From the NCBI RefSeq assembly GCF_008831285.2, contig NC_045138.2, positions 18,042,001 to 18,106,000 of the forward strand: a stretch of 64,000 bases of DNA. The letters are read 5' to 3'. Source of the DNA: Nymphaea colorata (lineage: Eukaryota). The position numbers and the translations under genes are program-made. The notes beneath the pieces were generated by a model, which was not told the DNA's origin, did not search any database, and saw only the letters and a program-made list of their open reading frames with translations. This document shows, piece after piece, positions 1-14,323 of the stretch (the first letter of the stretch is position 1; the number at the start of each line of letters is the position of its first letter).

Positions 1-295
1 TCTTTTTTATCGTTCTAATGCCTACCAGATAATAGTGAGGCTGAAGAAGAGGGGCGTCGGAGATTTGGTGGCTACAATTAATTATTAAATATTCATTTTT
101 TAACTTGCGTAAATATATCTACTTTTACTTTTTTCTATATTCAAGAAAATTATTTTTTAATTAACATTAAAATTAACTTCTTTTTGGTTGTGTTTCTCTC
201 ATTTGATTGTTTTTTGGGTGAGTTTGAAAAGTATTTCATCTTGTCATTCGGCTAAAGCCGAAGCTTCCACTCTTCTCCCATCCCTATAAAGTATT

Positions 296-463
296 AATGT
301 CCAAAAATGAATCTGATCCGAATCCGTATCTGATTCGATTGGATGCCATTCATTAAATCTGAATCCGATTCGATTTTTTAATCGATTGTTTAAATTTTTT
401 CATATTCGATTTTTTTGGATCGGATCGGTTATCAGATTCAAATCAAATATATTGACATTCCTA
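296..463 (-). mobile_element. Partial copy of the 8859-9297 MITE family
   Basis: The reverse complement resembles the left half of 8859-9297 and ends in ATTGACATTCCTA. Confidence 0.5.
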
Positions 464-1846
464 GGTTCGGTGAATGGTGGGCTATAAGCATATTCACTTT
501 GGTACCCTATTCTATTTTATATGGCTTAAGCCCTACTAGACCTGACCAACTATGCACTGTTCATTAATCTATAACCCTTCTCCCTATTTGTCCCCTTAAT
601 TAGGGTTGGGCAGTTGGGCGGCTCGTGCCTCACTTTATTTTTTGGGTATGCTTTCTACTGTTTAAATGGTGTCGATGAGATACTCGACTCGATACCCTAC
701 CTAATTTATCATAAGCAGTTATAGTTGGTAACAACGCTGGGCTATTAGTATATTCATTTGATACTACATTCAAAATATAGCATCCCCAAAACTAGACCTG
801 ACCCACTATGTGCTGTTCCGAGGGAAGGGTGTTGATGAGTAGACATTTTTACGAAAGAGTACTAATGAGTAAATATATGTGTATGTGTGGACTTCTAAAA
901 AAGTAAGTAAATGTCCATATTTTTTTGAGTTTTGGAGCCAACCTACCAGTTCTTCAAGAGAATGGTTTTTTTTATTTTCCGTGAGCACGTTGAAGAGATA
1001 GGAGCAGCGGTAAATTCAACTCTTTTCTAATGATAAAGACAGTAAAAAAAAACGCAGAAACAATTAACGAAGACATCGATGAGACTTGCAATATGCTCGC
1101 AAACACGTACTTCCTTTAAAAAAAAGTTGATTATAATTTTTTTAAAGAAATATTCTGAGGTTTGATTTCCCTACTTTTTTAGGGGACAAAATATTGCTGA
1201 TCGGACTTACTAAGCGAAAACTATGCATTGTTATTATGCTCATTATCATGACTTAACATAGATCGATTGGGCAGCGGCTGGTTCGAGAGCAGTTGTTGGT
1301 TTGGTGCCCACAAACATCCAATTTCTACAAACGGTAGGAAGCAGGTATATCGCCCCGGCGAGGGGTTAACCAAACTTAGGATTTATTTTCCCAACGGTGA
1401 AGGCGAAGTTTCTCGGCTTGAGTGCAGTTTTCTTATGTCACAAGAAAAAAAAGAAATTTGAAGCCAGAAAAGGAAAACCCAGTCTCAAACTCTCCTACCA
1501 ATAGGAGTAAAACCTTTACCTCAAAATAATACTTCTTCCTTTGGCATCCTCACATCATGCTAGCTAACTAGTTCTCCTAATGAGGGCAAAGCTTGAATAT
1601 GGCTCAAAAGAGCAGAGATGATCATTAAATTCTGAATTGAGATATAAATTGCAATTTCCCAATTGCAATATTGCCATACAATAAGAAGTATCGCACATAC
1701 TTCTAGAGATAGAAGTTTAGATTTTTTTTTTAATTGTCTTCAACTCATGCAAAAGTATTATGTGGAAAAATTTGGTTTTGGGTGGAAATTTTTGGCCAAG
1801 GAGCACTAATTCAAAAAGCTTTAAACCCAAAGAACAATTGAAGGCA

Positions 1847-1891
<45 letters not shown>

Positions 1892-4225
1892 TGAATAATC
1901 AATTGAGTGGCACTGACATATGAAAAAAGCAAATAGTCGGGGCAAGCCAACATATAAGTAAATGAATTTTATGGGACAGTGTGGGCACCTGCCTGCACAA
2001 CCTTAAGAAGAAGCTGAATTTCTTTTAGTTTATTCATTTTTTCTGGATGATTTTATTTTTTAATTTTAATTTATTTTGTTTAGTTCTAACTGCTACATCC
2101 AAAATGCATGCATGGGCCCATTAAATTGAGTATTGCAACTTGCAAGTGGAATAGTTGGGAGAATTATTAGTTTTGGTGTGCCCAATAACTCTACCCACCG
2201 ACAACCCCACTATCACTACCACCTCCCTCTCTCTCTCTCTACATAAAAAGTAGCTGGGGATGCTGCTAATGGGTCGAAATTATCTTATTAAGAACCTAAA
2301 TTTGGGTCTGGTAAAAATTGATCGAAATAATATATGCATTTTGGACATGGTAGGAAATTTTTTAATTGAATCCAACGCAAATCTGAGATCCAACAAAGAT
2401 CCAGCCTTTCTATACGTGTTGGTAGGCAGTCATTCTCCATTTCAAGTTATGGATGTCAACCTCATGTAACACCTCATTTTACTAAAAACAAGCTCTATAC
2501 CCTAAGAAGCCATTTGACAATAATAAATTATTGTACTATCGTATGAATCTGCCTAAAAAATGGAGAAGATTCATATAACACTTGTTAGTTCTTTGAATTC
2601 ACATATTTTTTAGGTTAGATTCATGGTATACTGTGACAGTGTTACTATAGCCAAATAATCTTTAAGGGGAAAAGAGGTTGGATGAGAGCTTTAGCTCTCT
2701 TGCTCGATGGTGGCTCTCCCATCCTCATAAAAAAACTAACAACATAGATATGTGGAAAAAGTAAAAATTTATATGGTTAAAAATAAGATGTTGTAAGTTT
2801 TAAAAATTGACACTCTTAGCTGCCTCAGCTCATAAAATTCAATTTATACATCATTTTTAATTTCCTTATATTGTTTTTCATTTTTGCATTTTCATATAAT
2901 TCACATGTATCTATATGATTAGATTTATTAAGAACAGCTTAAAGCACTAGAAAACATGCCTAAGAGACACAATATGAAGGCCAGCTTTTCTTGTTAGGAC
3001 TAAAGTTATTTGAAACCGCTAAACTTGTGTTTGTGTCAGAGTGTGTGCAAGGGGTAGGTCTACATAAACCGCTGAAATAATCAGATGTAGTTTGGAAAAT
3101 AAAACAAATTCTAAGTTCGCTTTTTTACATAAAATTAGGCATGTGTGTGAAAATTGGACAATTACCGGATCCAGTAAGAAGAACCTGTCTGTGCCTGAAT
3201 TCGATCACTAATCAGATTAGTCCAGATTAGGATTCAAATTCAAACTTAAGCAAAAGACAAGGGATTGGATGGAAGCTTCGGCCCTACCTTGCTCTTCCAA
3301 AACCAATAAGTCAGATCATGCACTAAAACATTAGAATCCCATCTGGAAATAAAGAAATGACAGCCAAAATGCACGTAAATGCAGATTGCAGCAACATTAG
3401 ATTGAGCTTCGATTCATCTGATCTGGATCAAATGGTGACCCCTAATATGAACATAGATCTAACTTAATGTGTTGAAATATTTTAATCGTGGAAAATGCAA
3501 CGGTAATGAAAATGATGATCTAACATCGCAACAATATCTATATTAGATTGCTTGTGCAGATGGGAAAATGATACATCGAAGTTTACATGCATGTTTATAC
3601 CTAACATCACGCCAACAAAAGAAGATCCTAAAGTGGGCGGTGTCTTATTTTAATGCTTAAGGATTATCCCACATGATTTAGCTTGTTTTTCAATTAATCT
3701 AGAAGTTGATGTCTCTTCTCCAAGAGTTTTTAAGTTTGTTTACAGCCTAGAGATCAGGGGCAGAACGGAGATTTTTTTTTTGTTTTTTTTTTTGTTTATG
3801 GGATAGTGGATTTTCAGAAAAACATTTCTAAATTTTTTGCAAAGGACAAATATATGTTCAAAATTTTTATTGGGCCAAATTAAGATTTTTAAAAGTATTA
3901 ATTAGTAAATTTTTATCTTTCAAAATTTTGGGCCCCCTACTCTGGCCTAGCTAGGGATACTAGGGCACAAAGGGAGCTTTGAGAAAGCTAGAAAAGAAAA
4001 TGACAAGAGCAAAGATAAAGAAAAATACGCCAATCCCTTTGAGCGAGAAAGTTTTGTTATTTTTGGCTGGAGTGTATAGAACTCCACACCCCTTCCAAAT
4101 CAATATAAAGCTTTTCATGTGAAGTACCTTTTTTTTATCATTGCCTCAAGTAGGGAAGATATGTTTCTCCATAAAAAAATAAAAAATAAATAAATAAAAA
4201 GAAAGGAAGAAAGAAAGAAAGAAAG

Positions 4226-4266
<41 letters not shown>

Positions 4267-7200
4267 CTGTTCTGGTTATCTATCACATAGCCTTATAACT
4301 TAGGCTCTTCATTCATCCAAAAAAGATGGATAGTTGTAAGAAAAAAAGAAAGAAAAAAAATGTAAACTTATCACCTTTATATCTTTATTTTTCCTTTATC
4401 ATGTCCATGTAGATTAGATGGTGGGTGATTTTAAAAACCGAGAGCCACCATTTAATTTTCCTCTATGCATAGAAAATGTGATGAACATTTTCATCATTTA
4501 ATATTAGTTCATACTTTTTTTAATATTTTTCTATCAACCATCCGTTTACTTTGATTAGTCATTGACTATATATATATATATATACTTATTGAACCAATAA
4601 AAAATGATCGTAATTTTTGATTCCTTACCCAAAAAAAACAAAAGGATAAACAGTAGATGGGGTCTTTTAGATAGTTAAAATGTTAAAAAAATAGAGGAAC
4701 AATAAACAATATTAGAAAAATCTTTTTCTGCATCTCATGAAGCTTTGCTGGGAGACGGCTCCCTTCCTTTATTAAAAACAACGTAAACAACAAACCTATT
4801 TTTACATCAACATTTTGTGAATTGAAAATATCAAAACATTAATCTTAAGTTTGTTATAAAATCTTATTTACAGGTCGCATTTAAAAACTCTTTCCAGTGG
4901 AACCCAAGCTTAGATATTGTATATCCAATTGAATGTCAAGAAACTGGTTAGAAAATAAATGAACTAGTAAATGGTGAATAGATAAGCAACATTACTTCTA
5001 TATTTCTCTTCATTGAATCCTTAATAAAAAGCATCTCTAAATAAAAAAAAAGTCTAAGGAGTAACATTGTTAGGATACATACAGGCGAAAATCTCTTTGA
5101 TATGTATAGATGAAATGGGTAGTACCAATCGATTGGTTCATCCATTTAGTTTAATACTAATGATCGTATATTGGCCTTTTCATATCTAAAACCGTAAAAA
5201 TCAACACAAAAACATATCTCTTGGACCTAAAAATTAGGTTTATAATCTAACTGTTGGTGCACGACACTCTACTTAACTGTTACTGTCACTCAGTGGCAGA
5301 GCCAGACAAGTTTTTTGGAGGGGGCACCCATTCATAGATTTTCACATACGAAGGGGCACTCACATATAGAACAAAGCAAATATTTAAAGATATTAATGTA
5401 AAAATAAACAAACATTGAGGGATGTTTGGCGAAGCTTTGATCTCATCATTCCTCAAGTGCGATTAGATCGCCAAACAAAAATCCTTCATAAATTAGACAA
5501 ATTTGAAAACTGAAATTCATTACAGGAAAATCCTATACGTTAAGTGCTACTGCTATCATATTCACCGCTTCTTCTTAATTTTCCACTAATAGTTAAGAAA
5601 AGAAACAAAAAAGCAAGAGTCAGGAGCAGCAGAGGCGGAGGAGACGGAAGCGATTAAATGCCAGACTCTCGAACATTTACCCCGCGGCCTGCCACCAGCG
5701 ATTTCGGTGTTCGCTTAGAATTCTCGAAAATCCCTGAACGAGATGCTTGCAGTAACCTCGCCTGGAGGCTGGAGCATAACAGAAAGCGGGCTGGAGGCAG
5801 AGGAAAACGGTGGGGCGCGACCCAATTTTGGCATGGGCAACTGCCAAAACATGCCTTGAAGCTCCGCATGTGAAGCTCCTTTTCACATGGAGCTTTATTG
5901 GGCTGGCGTGGGCAGGCCCAAGTCAGGCCACACGTAGCTCCGCTACTGCAGTGTCACTTCCTACCGAGGTCCTGTAGCAACTTTGGACGCCAGGGTTGGG
6001 GATAGAGGAAAGGAGGAGGGTTCTGCCCTTCTTTGGGTACCTCCTCCACTCTATAGGCCCCCACATAAAGTTGATTTTAAACAAGCCTCGAGATTCAAGT
6101 CCACCATACACACCTTAAGAGTGTGTTTGTTTCACTGCAAAACTTAGAACTGGGGTGATATGAGATCTATAGGGTTTCATGGATTTAAGGTCAGACCCCT
6201 CCCGTCGCTGAATCTGGCCTTCCTTCGATCCATGGTTTCTAATGTGTAACATGGATTTAAAATCCACGTTATAGAGATCTTCAGTTTGTTTAAACTGAAG
6301 ATCTTGGGATAAATGCTGTCACGTTGTATGCACGAGAATAATCAAAACTCGATTGAAAATTTCTTGTAAGCATTCCATCAAGTTTTCTGTATCCAAAGCT
6401 TGATACATGCAAAACCGGCATTAAATCTACTTGCATTTGATTCCAACGCTACTTGATCCCTGTTGGACTCCAGATTCGATTATGCTAGAATCCGATTAGG
6501 TTGGTCCCCATCACGAGTGCAACCCATAGGTCCCCATATATAGATCAACAAGTGCACCTGCTATGCCCATTCTCTAATAGATAAGTAAGAATATGGCAAC
6601 AACATACAAAGGAAAATTGCAAGGAAGCGCCCCCTCTCCAACTTGCCTACTTGATGCTGATTTCATACTTTAGCATGAGTGGTGCTGTCTTTTGTGAAAG
6701 GTCAAATTAATTTCTTGGGCATATGTGTTATAGGCACTATTGCAAAAGGGGGGACAACCAACAATACGTCGCAAAGCTATCTCTCAACTAAAGTAGAAAA
6801 GTAGCACTCAGGACAATCAAACATGAAACATGCCCAATGCTCGTCTCTTGCCTGACTAGCTAAGTTACACTCCTTATATATGACAACATCTAATAATGTC
6901 GATTGATTGGATGACTCATATGGAGCACATCCATATTCATATTACAACAATTATACATATGTAGTTGTTACATTCAATTGTATCAACCAGTTCTAAGCCA
7001 TTGAATAAGAATCAAACGAATTACTAAAACTCACGTAAACGGTTCAACAAGTTAGTTACTTGGAATGAAAGGTGAAAAATATACTAAAAGAGAACGATTT
7101 TTTTTTTTCTCATCGCCTGTTTTTGTCGCATTTAATGGTTACTGATCAGTTGACGGAAGTGACACTATTAAAAGGCAAAGACAGTAAAGATATACAGATA

Positions 7201-8858
7201 TATCTACGTATACGATTATATCAGAAAAAACAACTAACATTGAACATGATATTAGCAAGCGAAGACGACAACTTCATTTCTTCAACTTTAATCACCATGA
7301 AGGAGTACAAAATATTTTTTTTTTCTGAGAAATGACCACTATTTTCACAATTGTAGCGTAAAACACGTCGTTTCATTCATTGGCACGTGACAACTACCAA
7401 TCAAGAGAGGAAGGAAGTCCCGAAACAAATATACCCATCAATACTTTTACATATTCTCCCTCTTTCCTATAGGAGAATATCGGTGGTAGGTTGAGCCTCA
7501 AGCTACACAAACTCCAAGACCATGCAAGTGGGTGGGAATTTAGAGACCGTGGAATCCAATCAAAAGATTAGAAAAGGAATGAAGCACGCTAAATCAAAAG
7601 AAAGTTGACTCCTTTGTATCTGATAGGACACCACTTGAGTGGAATAAACTTCAATCCACATTAATGTGTAGGTGAAGGTGAAAACTAGTTTGGTCCTCTG
7701 AGTTGGTATGTGGATCAAATTTTTAACCAGTCAAGGAGCTCAAGTTACAAGGGAATCCGAGGATTTCATGGTTGTTTTAATGTAAATAGAGTTCGTAGTT
7801 GTAAACAAGGCCATGAGATCATGAACTTGCATGCTTCGGGTTGATGTATTCGTCTAAATAAATTTCATAGTCCGAAACAAGTCGAGGGGGGGTCAAAAGT
7901 TTTATAAGCAGGATGTATCTTTTGTTATCCGCTTAAATATGTGATCGTGAAAGCTATTTGTTCATTTTCCAACATATTCTGAAGTGGCCAAAGCTCCTTT
8001 TCATTTCTCCTCCTTACTCTCAGCATCTAGCGCTGCTTCGGAACCTAGATAGCGAGCATGACACTTATCAATTAGAGTGTCTTGCATCCATCGTTTGCAA
8101 TCTTAAAGAAGTAGCACTTACAGGAATCGACTGACAAAAAAAAAAAACTTTTAAGACAAAGGGAAGGAAAAATAAGTTTCTTTTTTTTCAAAATACGAAA
8201 ATACTACGTACACGGTTGCATGCCACGCCGTGAAGCTGCATGGCATAGTACATAGGTTGGCTGGCATGATAAGTTATAGAAGTTGGCTGATTTCCTTGGC
8301 TCATTTTGACAATAAAAAAAGATCTTGAACTTGTGTCAAATCTGTTCCACTTACATGTTCTTATTGTGAGCTGAGCTCTTCTTGGCTTGCGCTGTGGCTT
8401 GATTCAATGTAATATTTGGCCTTCGCTGGGTCTAACAAATGTACCTTCTGGGCTCGATTCATGAATCCTTGTGCAGGTAATCGTGATCAACAACTAATGA
8501 GGAGGCCTGTTGTAGTGTTGAATTAGAAGTCTAATGTATTGTTTGATTGGATGGGCCAGTGAATCCGAGTGCCAATACATCCCATGCCAGTGGGCGAGCC
8601 ACATGGTGGATCACAAAATTTATTTATTTTTACGTTAATAATTTGATATAATTGATTATATATATAGGTGCCTTTAAAAGCATTAAAGTTGTTGAATAAA
8701 TGTGCCATCATCAAAATTTCTGGCTCCTCTAGTGTCCCATGTTTGTCCTAGCATGGTAAGACCTAGTAGTGAAACAAAAAGTTTTTAGCTGGACATTCAA
8801 ATAACTTAATTAGACATTTGAGTTCTGATGCAGGAGCTAAGGAGGAACGCAAGGGCTT

Positions 8859-9297
8859 CGGGGATGCCAATATATCATATTTGAATGGGATATTTGACCG
8901 AACTAATCCAAAAAAATCGGATACAGAAAAAAAAATTTAATATGCGATTAAGAAATCAGATCCGATTCAGGTTTAATAAATAGCATCCAATCGGAAAATA
9001 TGCGATTAAGAAATCAGATCCGATTCAGGTTTAATAAATAGCATTCGATCGGATTCAGAATCGGATTGATCAGATTCATTTTTAGACAAATATCCTATGT
9101 CTAATGCTATTACATTTTGAAAATTGGCATAATTCAGTTCAAAAATTCGGGTTCGGATTCATATATGAAAATAAAAATCCGATTGACTTTTCTTTATTCA
9201 TATTCAAATCAGAATTTGAATATGAATATATGAATAACGAAAAAACGGATATGATTAATGATATACATGATCAAAATCTGATTAGTTGACATCCCTG
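8859..9297. mobile_element. hAT-like MITE rich in ATCCGA/TCGGAT motifs
   Basis: Ends CGGGGATGCCAAT / GTTGACATCCCTG. Internal ~58-bp tandem duplication at 8940-9050. A partial inverted copy lies at ~296-463. No clean TSD. Confidence 0.6.
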
Positions 9298-10020
9298 GCT
9301 CTGGGTCAAGTCCAAAGAAGCTTCCCGTATAGTTGGACCTGACTCATAGTTGCAAATGGACTGAACCATGGCTGCACACCTTCCATGACGTTGCATTTGG
9401 TGTCGTTAGAAATAGTTTCTGATTAAGAACAAACAACCCCAAGTAATCGGTGAGTGGGTTTGTTGCTTCTGTAATTTGAAATTGTTGAATCCAAGCCCTT
9501 AGACCGGTGTATTCTCGACCTGCTGTGAAGTAGCGCGCTGTCGTTGATGTTTAGTAGGGGGAGGGAGTTATGCATCAACATTAGGAACACCATATGAATA
9601 TTTTTATAAATTTGTTTTAAAGATTTGAGCAAGATTCATGGAACATTATACAACTGTTCAAGTATTTCAGCCATCCACCTTAAATTTTAAGGCATGTTCA
9701 TGGACTACTCGCAAGGGCTTCCTAATACCAAATGATCCCTAAGCCGTAAGCTGATCAAGGTTCATAAATGACACGGTTCCGGTAGGCTTGTCTTGCTAGA
9801 ATACTCGTTTGCTACCATTGACAGGCTCGATCAGCACACTGGCTGGTTCACATGAGCTGAGAATGGAAAAGGCATGGCTCTGATAGTAAATAATATATAC
9901 GTGTGAACAGTTGCTCATCCTGTACGCATATGGCTTAACCATTATGTATGCTAATATATAGGGTATATATTTTCATTTTATCATAAAAATGAGTTACTAA
10001 ATGTTTGTAAAAACACTTTA

Positions 10021-10172
10021 AGGGTAGTTTGACATGAAGATTGTGTGAGCGTTTTATGAATCTACCTAAAATATTGAGGCAGATTTATGAATAAGTATCT
10101 TATAAGTCTGCTCCAATACTATGACAAGATTAATAGGACACTCAGACAGTGTTCCTCATACCCAATGACCCC
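10021..10172. mobile_element. Tourist/PIF-Harbinger-like MITE
   Basis: Imperfect TIRs AGGGTAGTTTGACATGA / TCATACCCAATGACCCC flanked by TTA on both sides. Related copies at 14161-14323, ~2510-2662, ~14930-15141, ~34920-35100 and ~55360-55640. Confidence 0.65.
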
Positions 10173-11344
10173 TTAAGGTAGTTGTTTGATTGCACTTCTT
10201 ATTTTTGGTGGGAATGTAAATCTAGAAAAGGTTTCCAGAGGGTGGAAAGGAAGAAAATAAGTTTTTTTTTTTTTTTTTTTTTTTTGAGAATTGTCTGCTT
10301 GTGTTTGGTCTGTGAAGATTGAAATCAAACTCCACGTCATTGGATGAAGCAGTGTCGTTGATGTTGCCCCACGTCAATGTGTTCCATTAGACAGCTGGGA
10401 CATACTAGTTTGTACACAAAAAATGGACAAATAAATAAATAAATATGGAAATGAATAAAATATACTTAATTAGTCAAATATGTCTACTGAGATTAATGAA
10501 GTTTCTGAATATTAATTTTCTGATAAAATCGCATCCCAACATGTTTATATTGGGTCCATGCCATTTACTAATAATAAGACAGCTGAATCCGTCCTTCATG
10601 CCTGAAATACGACTTTTGGGCCTAAAATTTTCAAGTTTCCGGCTGTTGATGAAAAGATAAACATGTTAAACTAAAGGGTTTTAGGTGTTAAACTAAAAAA
10701 AAAAACGAAAATCAATTATGTACATCACGTCAATCAGTTAACTAAATGTTTGAAATGAACACATCATACTATTACTAAACCAATTAACAATTAGACATAA
10801 AAACGGCATTTCTCTCTCTCTCTCTCTTTCTATATATATATATGAGACCATGAGGATTGCAATTGCATGGGAATGGATTATGAATTGTAGTGGTGTCCAA
10901 AAAGGCTCATTATTTGGACAGCCGTCCCTTCCCTCTTCTTCCTTGGTCCTCTTCTTCTCCCCACCAATCGCCTTTCTGCTTTTTTCACGTGCCATTGTTT
11001 CTCCATCATCATAACTCCTTTTTATGTTCGTCTCTTTCACGCTGCCAAGTTGACCACTCCTCCATTAATTTGTCCTTCAATGAAAGTGCGTTGCGCTCAA
11101 TATGGTCATAAAATAATCAAATCTCGATAATTCATTGCTCTCAATATTGTCTTAGAAATCATCAAATTCTCTCTCTCTATCTCTCGTATTATCTGCAAAA
11201 GATTTCATTAGATTGAAAATGATGGTATCATGTGATTTAAGTGATTGATTCGATAAAAGATATTGAATGAGGATCAATATATAGGTCGTCTCTCTCGTCT
11301 CATTCAATCATACACCCCAAAACTGGCACACATACAGGAATAAA

Positions 11345-11575
11345 GTTGGTATTTGATAGCTTTGGATCTTATATCAGAGGTTAATCTAAGATCCCTTTTA
11401 CGTGAGACTCATGGTATAAACAAACACTTGATTTTTAGGGTTTGAAATCCTCATTTTATGGCCAAAATCAGTTTGAAGATGGATGAGAGGGGATCTGACT
11501 TAAAATCCGTAAATTTGAGATTTTCAATGATCTCAAATCACTTCAGATCTCAGATCCAAGCTCTCAAACACCATC
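11345..11575. mobile_element. Tourist-like MITE
   Basis: TIRs GGTATTTGATAGCTTTGGATCT / AGATCCAAGCTCTCAAACACC. Confidence 0.55.
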
Positions 11576-14160
11576 TAAATTGTCTCATAGATACAAACCA
11601 CATTAACTGAATCTGACGGACTTAATATGGTTGATCTGCTGGCAATTCATCCCTACACTGCTAAAAAATCTGACATATATACAAGTTGGTTTAAAGTATT
11701 TCAAAGTCATTGGCAATGAGGATGTCTTTTTTCTTTTCCCTTTGCGTTTGTTGAACATCTTTTTGCATTAAAAGAATGATCTTATGAGGACGAATATTTT
11801 TAATATGCAGATGATGTAGTTCAGATTTGCATGATAAAATTCAATCCTACGTAACACATTCGAGTCGAATACTTTTTTTATATTCACATTTCAACACAAT
11901 GATAATGACAAATAAAAGATCGTTTGGTTACTTTGTGTGTCTCAATTAAGTCACCAGCTAGCTATTCGAAATCTACTTAAATTTTCTGAGACATCATTAT
12001 GTTGAGGATACTGCTTTCATCGAGTACGTTTTCTTAATGATTTGCACCCTTTTCATGTTTCAATAGTTTCTTCACATGGTCTGGTTAAGGATAATCTTCT
12101 GGTTTTCTAACGTAAGTGATTTGATTAGAATAACATCAAGCAACAAGATAAACATAAATCAGGTTGGGCCCGGTGCAAGCCCAAGTTTTGTTTAATTATA
12201 GTTGACATCTTGAGGTGGATTTTTTAGTATAAGTTACATTCTCCTAATCATTCATAAATAATTCTGATCTCAATAATTGCTGTTGTTAATTTACATAATG
12301 ACACATTTCTTCCTTGTGAAGAGAGAGAGAGAGAGAGAGAGAGCCCATATAATTTGGTCTACCTGATCTAAAATTGCATATCAGTTTATTAGAAAACTAC
12401 TGGAACAAAATAATAGAATGTATTTTATATGCATGATAAGAAAAAAGTTATTTTAAACATGAAAAAGCATTAAAGTACACAAACATATTTGGACCCATCA
12501 CGGTTGGTGATGGGGAGTCCGGCCATCAATTCGATTTTTCCATGACCACTACTTATCTGAACTGCAAATAGTAGAAATGCAATGCTCTGCTCTAGTTAAC
12601 GGGTGTGCCGCTTTCTACCTACGTCTAAAAGCAGCCCTGAACCTCAAAAATGAAGGGGGTCGTTTTGACCTTGCATTGAATTTCCAAGAACTTGTATACT
12701 CACTGGTGTCGATATCTATGAGAAAAAAGTTCCAATGAAACTCCCATCGAAGGGACATTCGATGGGATTTTCTTTTATCATTTTTTCTCAATCCAACAAA
12801 GGTGGCTAATCTAAGCATGCATTCCACGAAATAAAGAAGGAAGCCAAGATATATCGCCCGCAGAAGCAAAAAAAAGTTTGAAGAATCGATGTGGATTATG
12901 TATCCCACGAACTGGGGGTCAGAGGAAGTTTGGATCCATGCAAAAATCAGCCTTCTTTTTCTTACTTGTACTTCTTCATCTTCTCCAATCTGCCCAGATT
13001 GAAGGGATCGAGCTTTCATACGGGGGAACGTTTCAGACAAATCATCGAGTGGGAAAATACTTCTCAAAGGGGAGGCAAGAAAATGTTTTCCTTACGGAAG
13101 AAGGGAAAAGCATTTGAGAAAAGATCACGTATTTTTGTGTCATGAAATTGCTTTCTCGTGAGGGAATTAGTTGTGAACTTGTTTCCATGGGAAAGCCTAA
13201 TCACTAAAAAAATGAAGAAACTGTGTCTCTGTAGTCCTTTTCCGCTTTTGGGGTTAAGAAAATGCAAGAGAAGGCTAGAGGTTTAACGTGGCAATATAGC
13301 AGAAGGCAAGAGGTTTAACATGGTTGGTGGAATCTTCATCTAAATCCCATGAAAGACAGATACATCTACCAACCTTAAGGGACCATTTGACAACAACAAC
13401 AGCATGTTACTGTTGCAGATTCATAAGAGAATTTTCAAATAACATCTCGTCTTTTTGGCTTCCGTATATATACCAGTAGAGATCTGTCGAACTCTTGCTT
13501 GCTCTTCGATTGATAAATAGAGCTACTCCGAAAACGGCACAGTCCAGAACAGCTACGGCCGGCAAAGTAGTTTGCAGAAAGCATTACCAAAAACTGACGA
13601 ATTGGCTTATATCCCTGAAAAGTTTAGGTTATGGGGAGTCCCAACCCAGCAAATTATGCGCTTAGAGACATGTTCTTAACTTAAACTATGTCAACAGCAG
13701 TAACTATCAGAATATGTATGAACAAACCATTGCCTAAAACATGAGAAATTTGTATATTGATGACAACTTAGATTAGGGATGAGACCAGACACCTTCAAAT
13801 TTTACACATAGACATGTTTTTAACATCTTCTCAATATGCAATTTTGTTTGTGACTAGTTATTTATTACATAGCAGGCTTCTGTTTCAAGGTGAGTTCATA
13901 AAAGTCTTCATTTTCAGCTGTAAATTTTTGGTGTCATAACAGCCTTTGTTTTTTGTATCTAAACCTGAAAAGTGGCTGCTGTAACAAGTATTTCCCAATC
14001 TGCAGTCTGCACAGTAAGATTATTGAAAAAGAAAAATCATTGGCATGTCTTTTGAGGTGTTCTGCTTCATCCAGACCTAAGTTGTTTGAGATATCCGAAG
14101 AACTAATTGATGATAATTTCATTCAACCCCGATTTTGTTCACTCTCTAAATAGTGTCGAA

Positions 14161-14323
14161 GGGGCCGTTTGACATGAGAAACATTGTGCGAGCATTTTAT
14201 AAATCTACCTCAAATATTGAGGTAGATTCAAGACCACTTAAAAAGGTGTTTCATGAATCTGCCCTAATATTTAAGATGACTTTTGATGGAACGGTTGCAA
14301 TGTTCCTCATGCGAAATGGCCAT
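14161..14323. mobile_element. Tourist-like MITE (same family as 10021-10172)
   Basis: TIRs GGGGCCGTTTGACATGAGAAACATTG / CAATGTTCCTCATGCGAAATGGCCAT, flanks GAA/TAA, internal palindrome AATCTACCTCAAATATTGAGGTAGATT. Confidence 0.65.

Noticed and set aside
8221..8270. TGAAGCTGC resembling the miR167 5' end
   Set aside because: The match stops after 9 nt and there is no precursor hairpin.
9876..9888. GGCTCTGATAGTA (tRNA-Met PBS-like), plus a PPT-like AAAAGGGGGGA at ~6744
   Set aside because: Mismatched PBS, opposite implied orientations, and no LTR pair or pol peptides found.
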